64,000 bases of DNA from Thermoplasmata archaeon (GTDB lineage: Archaea > Thermoplasmatota > Thermoplasmata > RBG-16-68-12 > JAFNFQ01). Location: NCBI GenBank assembly GCA_041489255.1, contig JBGPQV010000001.1, positions 128,001 to 192,000 on the forward strand, given 5' to 3'. The notes below the pieces were generated by a model. The model did not search any database, was not told the DNA's origin, and worked only from the letters and a program-made list of their open reading frames with translations. Below, in pieces: positions 1-8,978 of this stretch (the first letter of the stretch is position 1; the number at the start of each line of letters is the position of its first letter). Position numbers and translations under genes: made by a program.

Positions 1-86
1 TCTTTCCCGCCATGCTGATGCGGCATGAACCGACCAGAGATTGCCGCCGATCGATGCTGGATTAGTGCTGCGACGCTTGACCGCGT

Positions 87-635
87 CTATCTCAGCAGCC
101 CCGCCGCCTTGAGTTCCTGCGTGATCTTTTCGACCGCCTGCTCGACATCAGACGGCTTCTTCGCGCCGGTGCAGACCAGCTTGCCGCTGCCGAAGAGGAG
201 GACGACGACCTTCGGCTCGTCAAGGCGGTAGACCAGGCCGGGGAACTGCTCGGGCTCGTACTCCACCTTCTCCAAGCCCAGGCTTATCGCGATCGCGTTG
301 AGGTTGATCTCCGTTCCGAGGTCGCTCGACGCGACGATGTTCTGGACCGTGATGTCCGGGTGCTTCTTGATCTGGATTCCGGCAGCCTCGATCTGCTTGC
401 CTACGGTCTCTATTGCGAGCTTGACAGCTTCCAGGCTCTTCGCCCCGGTGCAGACGACCTTCCCGCTCCTGAACAGGAGCGTGGCTGTCTTCGGTTCCTT
501 AAGACGATATATGAGCCCCGGGAACTGCTCGGGCTCATACTCAGCACCGCCAAGGGCCAACGCTATCGCCTGCAGGTCAAGCTCCCCTCCGAGTGAGGTC
601 GATGCCACGACATTTTCGATCTTTATCTTCGCCAA
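87..635 (-). CDS. tbp: TATA-box binding protein
   Basis: Two internal repeats (IENVVAS...YEPEQFPGLIYRL...SGKVVCTGAKS / VQNIVAS...YEPEQFPGLVYRL...SGKLVCTGAKK). Start moved to TTG at 635, downstream of a GGAGGA SD. Confidence 0.98.
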   Translation of the reverse strand: MAKIKIENVVASTSLGGELDLQAIALALGGAEYEPEQFPGLIYRLKEPKTATLLFRSGKVVCTGAKSLEAVKLAIETVGKQIEAAGIQIKKHPDITVQNIVASSDLGTEINLNAIAISLGLEKVEYEPEQFPGLVYRLDEPKVVVLLFGSGKLVCTGAKKPSDVEQAVEKITQELKAAGLLR

Positions 636-696
636 CGCTATTCCTCCATAGGGCTTGTGCACGGATGCGCTTTTTCCGCTCCCCGCCTGTGCGTCA

Positions 697-716
697 TTTA
701 AATAGGTCTTTATAAA
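697..716 (-). promoter_or_regulatory. TATA-like elements upstream of tbp (TTTATAAA 709-716 and TATTTAAA 697-704)
   Basis: AT-rich archaeal TATA consensus matches in a GC-rich background, 60-80 nt upstream of the tbp start. Confidence 0.55.
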
Positions 717-811
717 CCTTCCTCTGGAAGAGAGGGGTCTCGGCCTTCACTAATCCACGCGCTGGCACTGCCCTGACGGCTCCGTGGAAGCCTTCACAGC
801 GGCTGGAAATC

Positions 812-855
812 GAAGAAATGAAAATGAAAAGGTGGAGAAGGTTGGCACCTTCTCC
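812..855 (-). terminator. Hairpin plus U-rich tract after the giant surface-protein gene
   Basis: GGAGAAGGT (834-842) / ACCTTCTCC (847-855) stem, followed on the minus strand by CTTTTCATTTTCATTTCTT. Confidence 0.55.
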
Positions 856-873
856 TTCAGCTGTTTTCCATGC

Positions 874-3800
874 TCAGAGATCTATCCGCACGATCTCGAC
901 GTCCATTCCTGGCCACAGGTACGGAGACGAGTACGGGTTGCCGTTATCATCGTCCGCGACTATGAGCGTGACGTACAGGAAATAGGGCATCTGGCTCTCG
1001 TCGAACGTGTGGGTGGCCGTGTCGTGCGCAGTGATTGGGTCGTATTCTGGACTTCTGACGGAATTGTCTGCGAAGATAAACTTCGGCTCCTTGAAGGGCA
1101 GCAGGTTGAAATCGTCGCTGGTTGCGCTGGTGTAGAAGATGCCCGGGTGCGCGTAGATGTGCAGGTTGTACGGAGTCAAGTCGCTCCACGCCCAAGCGAA
1201 GACGAGGTCGTCACTGCCTGGGTCTGTCGCCACGGCCTCGAATGTCAGCGGGCTGCCTATTGCGAGGCGCTTGAACTCCTTGTTGCCGATTGTAGCCACA
1301 CTCGGACCGTCATTGCTGTCGAATGTGCGCCTGAGCTCCTTCATCTTGCCGCCGGGCCAAGTCGATTCGAAGATCCAAGTGGGGTTGGCCCCGTTGTCTC
1401 CTGTCGGGTCGTAGGCGATTGTGAGGGTGTACTTGGTGTTTGGCGTCATGTCTATCCTCAAGGTCGGCAAGCAACCGACGGCTGGCTTCCCAGGTTCTCT
1501 AGTGGTCGTGACCGTGGAATAGCTGCCGTCCGTGCCCATCACGGCTAGCGTAGCTTCATTGCCTTTGTTGCCAGACATCCTGAGGCACAGTTCGGCATTG
1601 GCGTACGCTGCAGCGCTTTGGATTGTCGGATCGACGTTATTCACCGTGACTGGTATGTAGCGGTGGGACAGGGTCTGTGTATATGTCGGATCGGCAACTG
1701 GTACGTTGCCGACTGAGTCCCATGTCCAGCCCATGTCGTCGTCGATGACCGTCACATCGACCGTGTAGAGACCGTTGTCGCCCCAAACGTGCGTCACTGC
1801 CGGGATCTCAGCAGACGGAATTCCGCCGATGACCCAGCCGATGCAGTTGCGCAGCAGTTTCGAAGCGTCAGCCCCTCCGTATGCGGCGGTGTAGGCGTTG
1901 ATCGCGCATGACCTCTTGTTGCCATCCTTCTCGTTGACACCGACCGCTGCACCGCCGTCGTTCCAACTGGCTAGTCTCAGACCACCTGCCGTCGTTGGCA
2001 GGTTGCCGGAGTGGATGGTGCCAGACGTCACGGCTGTGACGCCTTTCACCACTGGGTGCGCCGGATAGTGTATCGTGCCGAGTGCAGCGTTGGCGAACGG
2101 GTAGACCGCTTTCTCGAACGGACCGTAGTCTTGATCCATGTACCGACCGGTCAAGCTGAACAGCTCACCGTAGGTCGAGGACAAGTCGTATGTGGCCATG
2201 AAGGTCACAACGCCTCCCCCATGCGCGTCAAGATAGTCTGCCAGCCTATTGCCGACCAAGAGCTTGGCCGCTTCGAACGCCGGAGAACCAGACGATGCCC
2301 ACTCGCCGCCATATAGAATGACGTCGAATTGCAGCATGTAGGCAAGGGTCGGTGCCGACAGAGCCTCGAACCAGTTGTATCCGGTCACGGAGCCGACGAG
2401 GTCCATGCTCAGCAGCATATTGGCGATTATCGTGTATGACGCGCAGGTGTTGCCTGTCGTGCAGGCGTGGTGGATGAATAGTATGTCCTGCTTCGGCGGC
2501 GATAGCGTCCCCTTGTAGACCCATTCAGCCGGAGTGCCATCGTCGAAATCCAGCTTGTAGGCGAACCATTCGGTCTGCGCCATCAATGCTGGGTCGGAAA
2601 TTTCCCACCCGCTGAAAAGGACGCTTTGAGATTCGTCCCTCACGACCGATGTCGGACCGCCGATTATGGCTGGTGGCACATTCTGAACGAGGATTGTGCC
2701 GGCGACCTCACCCAGACCGGTATCGATGAACCTCAGGCTTCTGAGGGTGACTTTCACATCATCGATTCCCCAGTACCAATCGTTGTTGTTGTAGAACCGG
2801 AATCGCAGTTTCATGGTGCTGGTGAGCGGATAGCCCATCAGGGAGAGCTCGTAATACTTGTCTTCAGTCGCCGGGTTCAAGTGATGGAATTCTGCGAGTA
2901 TGTACGGATATGTCGCTCCGTCGTCGCTGCTGAGTTCTATGAAGCCGTCTTGCGTTCCTCCCGCGTAGTTCGCCACCCAATAATTCCTCCACCGGATAGA
3001 GGCGTTGTTGTACGAAACGCCGGTCATGGAGAATGTCGGGCTGTATAGGTAGCTCCATGTCCCGTAGGTCGAATAGGAGTAGCTGTTGTATGCACCAAGG
3101 CTGGTCCAGACTGTGATGGTCTGGCACCTCCAGCCCGTGGTCCCAGTTGGCGCCTTCGTCCAACCTCCCGGGAATTGAGTGATTGTGCATGTCCCTTTCT
3201 GGAAGTCCTGGAAGAGTGCGTCGGTGGATATGCCCTCAGAACCTTGATAGTCGTCGTCCTTCACTTGCACTTTGACAGACATGTAGTCCTGAGGCGAGGT
3301 CGTCATCGGGTCGTCATCCTTGAAGGTCAGCTGGTTCCAGGGTAGCGATATCGGCATCGACAATGGCACCGGGTCAGGCTGCCTGGAGACCCACCTGATG
3401 GCGTTCGCGACCATCCTGATGCAATCGCCATTGCACGTGCCATCTGCAGAGGTCCATGACCTCCATGGCATGGCGACCGCGCGCGCTCCATTTGACACCT
3501 TCGGGTTCTCTTTGGCGGCGACCATCACGGCTCCGTCGGTCCAGTCGGCGATCCTCGTCGCTCCAGGGTTCGTGTTGAACATCTGCGAGTGCGGGTACGC
3601 CGAGACTGAGGTGACGCCGTCCAATATCGGGTGGCCGGGTACGTAGATCGTGCCTATGTTCTTGTAAAGCCACTGGCTTACACCGTATGGCACTGGGCTG
3701 TACTGATCGGTGAAGTATCTTCCAAGAATCTGCCATGCCCCCGGATTGTACGGGCCTCTGCCGTTCACTATGACTCCGCCGGACCCTTGGCTGCCTTTGG

Positions 3801-5349
3801 CATCCATGTAGTCAGCTAGCAGGTCGCCTGTTCCGGCAGGTGTCGTGCCGCTGTATGTGTCGACCCAGACGACGTCGTACGCCATCAGCTGGGACAGAGT
3901 CATTGGCGTCGTCCCGAAGTTGTAGGAGTCAACCTTGATGCAGAAAGCACCGCACTGGGCTATGATGCCAGCCCTGAATGCGTTGATATAGGTGTCCACG
4001 CCCGTGGCGGTGTGGTACAGGAGTACATTGGCTCCGCCAGAGTACTTCTTGACCGGATTCCATGCAGTGTAGGTTCCGTCGGGCAGTTGCCAGCGGTACT
4101 GCCATGTGTCGTCCGAGCCCGGATCGTCAAACGTCGCAGACACCATCACAGGGCTGCCCTCGAGTCCCGGAGTCGGGTTCTGAACGATGTCATAAGTCTG
4201 CGGCGAGACATTGTTTACATCGACGAACGCGATGTCGCCGTAGGTCAACTCCTTCATTGTCGTTTGCCGCCACTCGAAGTCGATCATGGGCTCGTAAGTT
4301 GTCCCGCTGTTGTAGAGCACATTGGGGAATCTCTGAGGCGTCCCCGTAGCGTAGTACATCCCCATGAAGGAGACCTTCTCGAAAGAAACCGCCAAGTTAT
4401 TGTACGCATTCCAATAGCCGGTCGCACTCGCATCACTGTTCTTGTGACCCGATACCATGTATTCCTTGCCGCCAATCAAAGAAACGGCGGCAGGCAGGGT
4501 GCACCAGTACCAAGCGTATTGAGTCGGCATCGACGAGGGCGTGCATGTGCCGAGCTGTGTCTGCGTGGCATAATCCCAGATTCTTAGAGACCAAGGCGTC
4601 GTGAATGCATAGATGTAATAGAAGAAGCCGAGTCTGGTGGCGTCCATGTCCTGCTTTGCCAAGAACCTCCAGCCTATGTTCCCATATGCGAATCCGTAGG
4701 TGTAGGCCCCAGATTCGCCCCATGTGTTGCCATAGATGGTGACGGGTATTTTCGATATCCCGTCCCAGCCCTCGGCCCGGACGTTCGCGTAGTAGTTGTC
4801 GTTGTAAGTTTTGTCATAAGTCATCTGGGTCAACCAAGGCGTGTCCGCGATTCCATCATTGTTCCAGTCCCAGCGGAAGAAAATCAGGGTCGGGTCATCG
4901 GTCGTGATCTCGAAATGGATCGTGCAACTGCCCTCGAAGCATGTCGGCCCACCATAGGGACCGCCAGCATCGATGCCTGGACTGCGCGTCCCCGTGTCAT
5001 CGGTCTGCACGACTCGCGCCTTTATGCCGTTGCCGATATTTCCCGTGGATCCTTGTCCGTTTTGCCCTTCCACCAGAACATCGCGACCTTCGGCTTCCTG
5101 TTCATCGTACGGCTGATTGTCAGTAGTTGCCAATGGCAGGTTGTCTTCCTGCACTGCATTCGTGTCCAGAACCCCGAGGGTTGAAACCGTGGTTGTCTGA
5201 TCGGTTCTTGTTCCCGAGTCTCCTGCGGGGCCGCTCACTGCTGGCGTGGCATCCTTGTTTGAAACAAAGGATGTGACGCTCAGCCCCGAGCTGACCATCG
5301 CTATGACAATCAGCACGGAAAACGCCAATCGCACCCTCGCTGTTCTCAT
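874..5349 (-). CDS. Giant secreted/surface protein with PKD-like modules and inserted DUF4082-like, two GATase/ThuA-like and MAM/adhesin-like domains
   Basis: Signal peptide MRTARVRLAFSVLIVIAMV after a GGGAGGGAG SD. PKD-like motifs (DAGGPY, WDWNNDG, DPGSDD, WGDNGLYTV..V.DDD). A duplicated alpha/beta domain (LADY(M/L)DA..GGV...HP(I/V)..GVT.V...W.DG...N.I.WV). Confidence 0.75.
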   Translation of the reverse strand: MRTARVRLAFSVLIVIAMVSSGLSVTSFVSNKDATPAVSGPAGDSGTRTDQTTTVSTLGVLDTNAVQEDNLPLATTDNQPYDEQEAEGRDVLVEGQNGQGSTGNIGNGIKARVVQTDDTGTRSPGIDAGGPYGGPTCFEGSCTIHFEITTDDPTLIFFRWDWNNDGIADTPWLTQMTYDKTYNDNYYANVRAEGWDGISKIPVTIYGNTWGESGAYTYGFAYGNIGWRFLAKQDMDATRLGFFYYIYAFTTPWSLRIWDYATQTQLGTCTPSSMPTQYAWYWCTLPAAVSLIGGKEYMVSGHKNSDASATGYWNAYNNLAVSFEKVSFMGMYYATGTPQRFPNVLYNSGTTYEPMIDFEWRQTTMKELTYGDIAFVDVNNVSPQTYDIVQNPTPGLEGSPVMVSATFDDPGSDDTWQYRWQLPDGTYTAWNPVKKYSGGANVLLYHTATGVDTYINAFRAGIIAQCGAFCIKVDSYNFGTTPMTLSQLMAYDVVWVDTYSGTTPAGTGDLLADYMDAKGSQGSGGVIVNGRGPYNPGAWQILGRYFTDQYSPVPYGVSQWLYKNIGTIYVPGHPILDGVTSVSAYPHSQMFNTNPGATRIADWTDGAVMVAAKENPKVSNGARAVAMPWRSWTSADGTCNGDCIRMVANAIRWVSRQPDPVPLSMPISLPWNQLTFKDDDPMTTSPQDYMSVKVQVKDDDYQGSEGISTDALFQDFQKGTCTITQFPGGWTKAPTGTTGWRCQTITVWTSLGAYNSYSYSTYGTWSYLYSPTFSMTGVSYNNASIRWRNYWVANYAGGTQDGFIELSSDDGATYPYILAEFHHLNPATEDKYYELSLMGYPLTSTMKLRFRFYNNNDWYWGIDDVKVTLRSLRFIDTGLGEVAGTILVQNVPPAIIGGPTSVVRDESQSVLFSGWEISDPALMAQTEWFAYKLDFDDGTPAEWVYKGTLSPPKQDILFIHHACTTGNTCASYTIIANMLLSMDLVGSVTGYNWFEALSAPTLAYMLQFDVILYGGEWASSGSPAFEAAKLLVGNRLADYLDAHGGGVVTFMATYDLSSTYGELFSLTGRYMDQDYGPFEKAVYPFANAALGTIHYPAHPVVKGVTAVTSGTIHSGNLPTTAGGLRLASWNDGGAAVGVNEKDGNKRSCAINAYTAAYGGADASKLLRNCIGWVIGGIPSAEIPAVTHVWGDNGLYTVDVTVIDDDMGWTWDSVGNVPVADPTYTQTLSHRYIPVTVNNVDPTIQSAAAYANAELCLRMSGNKGNEATLAVMGTDGSYSTVTTTREPGKPAVGCLPTLRIDMTPNTKYTLTIAYDPTGDNGANPTWIFESTWPGGKMKELRRTFDSNDGPSVATIGNKEFKRLAIGSPLTFEAVATDPGSDDLVFAWAWSDLTPYNLHIYAHPGIFYTSATSDDFNLLPFKEPKFIFADNSVRSPEYDPITAHDTATHTFDESQMPYFLYVTLIVADDDNGNPYSSPYLWPGMDVEIVRIDL

Positions 5350-5731
5350 TTCATTCTCCCTCCCCGAATCCGGTGGTTGAGAGGTCCGAAGAGAGCCAGA
5401 AAACGATAGCATGCGCCCTCCCTTCGAAGCGCGAAGAGCACGAACCCATGCACTCTGACCACCCCATTCCCCTTCCTCCGTACTTGGAGGATTCAGAGGA
5501 CCGTCACATCAAGAGAGCAACGCGGACGGTGACTTCCAAGTTCCGCTTCTCCACCCCCTGCGTTTCCCCTTCTGCGATAGACCCTCATCCAGCAATATTG
5601 GACGCTGGATACTTAATGCTGTCGCAGCCAGACAGTCAAAAACCGGTCGCCTTGGAAAACTCGGGCCCACTTCCGCCATCGGGATTTCGGATCGTGTGAA
5701 CGCTTAAAGAGGGAGCCGCCATGCGCCGCTC

Positions 5732-6580
5732 ATGCGACCGCTGATTGTGACCCACTGCGGTTCCGGATCCGACAAGAAGATGCAGGACGTGGCGGAGAAA
5801 TCGGCAGAAGCCGGTATGAAGATCCTTCGACGCGGTGGTTCAGCTCTCGCCGCGGTTGAGGAGGCCATCGTGGTCCTCGAGGACGACCCGCGGACTAATA
5901 CCGGCATCGGCGCGAGGCGCCGGGTCGATGGCACTGTTCAGATGGACGCGGCGCTGATGGATTCCCAAATGAACATCGGAGCCGTGGCGGCGATAATGAA
6001 CGTCCGCAACCCCATACGAGTCGCAAGGCTTGTCATGAAATCTCCCCATGTCCTCCTGGCGGGGGATGGAGCCATCCTCTTCGCCCGCCAGCACGGCGTC
6101 CCTTTCTTCGATCCCTCCAACAAGGAATCCGAGGAGAAGTGGCGGGACGCTCTCGCCAAGATTGAATCGGGCGACGTGCCCGAATGGGCGGCGAAGTGGC
6201 GGGCGTTCAGATTCAGGGATACGGTCGGCGCTGTTGCCCTGGACAAGAATGGTGGCTGCGCGGCTGGCAGTTCCACCGGTGGACATCCCTTCATGCTGCC
6301 CGGAAGGGTCGGAGACTCTCCGATAGTCGGTGCGGGCCTGTATGCCGGACCTCGCGGCGCCGTCACCGCCACGGGAGTTGGAGAGGAGATAATCCGCGTC
6401 GTCCTCAGCAAGACCGTTTACGACCACATCGGATTAAAGCACACCGCAATGGACGCCTGCATCTCGGGCATCAAGCTCTTCCCGGACACCGTCCCCGTCG
6501 GCGTCATCGCTGTCGACCGCAGAGGCTGGGGCGAGTGCTGCAATAGGGACATGGCCTGGGCAGCGCTCCCCCGCCGTTGA
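5732..6580 (+). CDS. Isoaspartyl peptidase / L-asparaginase (Ntn hydrolase, type 2 asparaginase family)
   Basis: H.GSG N-terminus, LEDDP..N.G.G, MDAA, catalytic DTVGAVA, STGG and GRVGDSP motifs. Confidence 0.93.
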   Translation: MRPLIVTHCGSGSDKKMQDVAEKSAEAGMKILRRGGSALAAVEEAIVVLEDDPRTNTGIGARRRVDGTVQMDAALMDSQMNIGAVAAIMNVRNPIRVARLVMKSPHVLLAGDGAILFARQHGVPFFDPSNKESEEKWRDALAKIESGDVPEWAAKWRAFRFRDTVGAVALDKNGGCAAGSSTGGHPFMLPGRVGDSPIVGAGLYAGPRGAVTATGVGEEIIRVVLSKTVYDHIGLKHTAMDACISGIKLFPDTVPVGVIAVDRRGWGECCNRDMAWAALPRR

Positions 6581-6652
6581 GCCCATGATGACCGATTCCT
6601 TTATGGCGGTGCATGTATTCATGAAGCACGCAGAGTAACAAGCAGAGTTGGG

Positions 6653-6967
6653 ATGATGCAGACCAAGAGAAACTCCCTCACGAGCAAGATCGAGGCAGAA
6701 GTAAAATTGTTGGAAAGGCATGTCGCGATGCTGAAGGCGATCATCGAGAATCAGCCGATAGGCATCATCCGCCTTTCGGAACTCTTGGGCGTGCCCCAGC
6801 ACAAGGTCCGCTATTCCCTCAGGATACTGGAGCAGGAAGGTTTGATCAAGCCTTCGCCTGACGGCGCCGTCACGGCGGAGAAGCTGCAGGAATTCCTCGA
6901 TTACCTCAAGACCGTGCTCGACACGATGACGACGACGGTGCAGCAGCTCCGCCAGAGCCTCGGGTAA
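6653..6967 (+). CDS. Small winged-helix transcriptional regulator (COG3388-like)
   Basis: ERH..ML..I...QPIGII.LS...G.P.HKVRYSLR.LEQ.GLI.PS..GA matches a conserved euryarchaeal wHTH family. Confidence 0.8.
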   Translation: MMQTKRNSLTSKIEAEVKLLERHVAMLKAIIENQPIGIIRLSELLGVPQHKVRYSLRILEQEGLIKPSPDGAVTAEKLQEFLDYLKTVLDTMTTTVQQLRQSLG

Positions 6968-7000
6968 GGTTTTATTAGCCCCCCCGCATAGCGCACTGGA

Positions 7001-7101
7001 GCCGTCGTAGCTCAGTCTGGTAGAGCCCCCGGCTGTTAGTCCGTCTCGTCGGAGATGGAGCAGGCACCGGGTGGTCTGCGGTTCGAATCCGCACGACGGC
7101 G
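7001..7101 (+). tRNA. tRNA-Asn(GTT) with 27-nt intron at 37/38 (7039-7065)
   Basis: Acceptor GCCGTCG/CGACGGC, anticodon GTT at 7035-7037, TTCGAAT T-loop. BHB motif (CTGT/GCAG central helix, bulges TAG and GCA). TATA-like TTTTATTA at 6970-6977. Confidence 0.95.
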
Positions 7102-7178
7102 CTTTCTTCACGATGATCAAGGGAAGGGCGATGATTGAATAGATGGTTGGATGCAGTGCTTGTTCCGCCACCGAGGGA

Positions 7179-7928
7179 TCACTCGCTTGCCACGACTTTG
7201 GATAGTTCCTGTTCCCTCTTCCTCAACTTCTCCTCTCGTTCGAGAAGTTCGAAGGCTTTCTTCTGCACTATCTTGACGCGCATCTCCATGTCCTTCTGCG
7301 CCTGGACAAAGTCTTCGGGGATCTTCGCCTTCGCGGAATACAGATCGGCTTTGAGGGTTTCGATATCTCTTTGCAGCCGCTCCTCCCTTTCCTTCGTTGC
7401 TGACGCGGCCGCCTCCATCTCCCGCAACTTGTCCTCCTTGGCTTGCAGCTCTACCGACTTCTCCGTGTTTGACTTCCTCTCTTGTATGAGCTGCGATTCG
7501 ACCTTCTGCAGTTTCTCCTGCAGTTCGTCCAGGTTGATTCCAGAATCTTCCTCGGGGGATGCTTCTTTCGAATCAGAAGGTGCGGCTCCCGCGTCAACCT
7601 CCTCCGCCGGTCCCTCGTGTTGCTGAGCCAGAGAAGCTTCGACGGCGGTCAAGGTCGCCTTCGCCCACGTCAGTTCTTGGGAACCGAGGGGCCCCCTCGA
7701 CATGGCGATGAGACTCAGCTGCGCACCGTGGAGCATGGTGGCCTTGTATTCGCCGATGAAGACAGTCTGCGAATCCTCCATCGCCATGTTCCCGACCGCC
7801 TTCACGAAGTCGTCGAACTCGACGGTGCACTCGTCGTCGACGGTGTACTCTCCCGTATAGGCGCCCTGGTCGTCGATTACGAAGAGCTTCTGCAGGGTAG
7901 CGACGTTCTTCTTTTGCGGCGTCACCAT
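7179..7928 (-). CDS. Hypothetical protein, N-terminal alpha/beta domain plus C-terminal coiled coil
   Basis: 249-aa ORF preceded by GGAGGA SD. E/K/Q-rich heptad C-terminal half. Confidence 0.75.
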   Translation of the reverse strand: MVTPQKKNVATLQKLFVIDDQGAYTGEYTVDDECTVEFDDFVKAVGNMAMEDSQTVFIGEYKATMLHGAQLSLIAMSRGPLGSQELTWAKATLTAVEASLAQQHEGPAEEVDAGAAPSDSKEASPEEDSGINLDELQEKLQKVESQLIQERKSNTEKSVELQAKEDKLREMEAAASATKEREERLQRDIETLKADLYSAKAKIPEDFVQAQKDMEMRVKIVQKKAFELLEREEKLRKREQELSKVVASE

Positions 7929-8066
7929 TGCTGGTCCTCCCTGATCACTTTGGTCCGCAGAGTATTGCTTTGGGAGTGCATGGTCTAAGCGACCTATCTT
8001 GCTATAATGCCATGCGAACGATTCTCAACGGTGATAAGATTGCGGTTGCAGACTTGGGCGACCATG

Positions 8067-8648
8067 TCAAGGTTTGACGAACAGGCGCGAGACCGTACTG
8101 ACGCTCAGGACAACCACAAGAACGACAATCATCACGATGCCGACCCCCGCCGCCACAGCGCCTTCGATCACCCTTCCCGAACTCACGAGGAAGACTCCCT
8201 CCAGGACGAAGCCCACAGAGGCTCCTGCGAATATCGCCAGGTAGCCATACCATAGAGTGCGAACGATTTGCCGCGTCGTCAGCGCCCTGACGTCTTCTTC
8301 CTTGATTGCCTTGTCGCCTGCCCTGAAGAACGGCGATTGGACCGATTGCGTCTCTCTGGCCATCCGGACCTTGTAGGCGTTGACCGACTTCGGCGAGAAG
8401 TCCACGGACGTCCTTTCCCTGCTGGCGCTCCACCCGTCCCCGTGAATCACATCGCTCGCGGCGTAGAACGGGTTGCCGCAGAGCAACTCATAGGCCATCT
8501 GGACCCTTAGGAAGTCCTCCCTGGCCTCAGGTAAATTATTGATGTCGGGGTGACACCTTTTCACTGCTCGCCTGTAGGCCCTCTTGATCTGCTCCTGGCT
8601 CGCTCCCGGCCACAGGCCGAGCACCGCATACGGATCTATCGCAGGCAT
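8067..8648 (-). CDS. J-domain (DnaJ-like) protein with two C-terminal transmembrane helices
   Basis: DPYAVLGL..GAS...IKRAYRR...HPD...AYELL motif and hydrophobic C-terminus. Confidence 0.88.
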   Translation of the reverse strand: MPAIDPYAVLGLWPGASQEQIKRAYRRAVKRCHPDINNLPEAREDFLRVQMAYELLCGNPFYAASDVIHGDGWSASRERTSVDFSPKSVNAYKVRMARETQSVQSPFFRAGDKAIKEEDVRALTTRQIVRTLWYGYLAIFAGASVGFVLEGVFLVSSGRVIEGAVAAGVGIVMIVVLVVVLSVSTVSRLFVKP

Positions 8649-8793
8649 CGAGAGTCCGATATGACAGCTCGAATTGAGTCTTTAAATCTGGCGTGGTTAC
8701 TTCCACGAACCGGAACGTTCGACCGCTTTAGGCTTAAATAGCGGTATCCTGTTGGCATCTTCGCGGACCGGTCTCGCGCCTGATCCGCAGGAT

Positions 8794-8896
8794 GGGCCCG
8801 TAGCTTAGTCCGGTGGAGCGTCCGGCTCATAACCGGATGGTCGTCGGTTCAAACACCCGTCCGTCATGGGGCGGGTTGGAAATCCGACCGGGCCCA
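8794..8896 (+). tRNA. tRNA-CAT, most likely tRNA-Ile2, with 29-nt intron in the T-loop at 59/60 (8854-8882)
   Basis: Acceptor GGGCCCG/CGGGCCC plus A73 (Ile-type start, not the initiator A1-U72). Anticodon arm TCCGG-CTCATAA-CCGGA. T-stem GTCGG/CCGAC is interrupted by an insert forming a BHB; removing it restores TTCAAAT. Confidence 0.9.
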
Positions 8897-8978
8897 TCGA
8901 ATCTCCCCTGATCGGCCAGTGCGCCTTCATAGCCCCGCCAACAGCCTTTTTAGCGTCCCTTGACGTGTCCATTGCGCA

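Noticed and set aside
6434-7171. 245-aa minus-strand ORF
   Set aside because: Overlaps tRNA-Asn and the wHTH gene in antisense.
8794-8896. Initiator or elongator tRNA-Met call
   Set aside because: It lacks the A1-U72 pair and triple G-C anticodon stem of initiators, and the GGGCCC acceptor fits archaeal Ile2 better. Elongator Met is not fully excluded.
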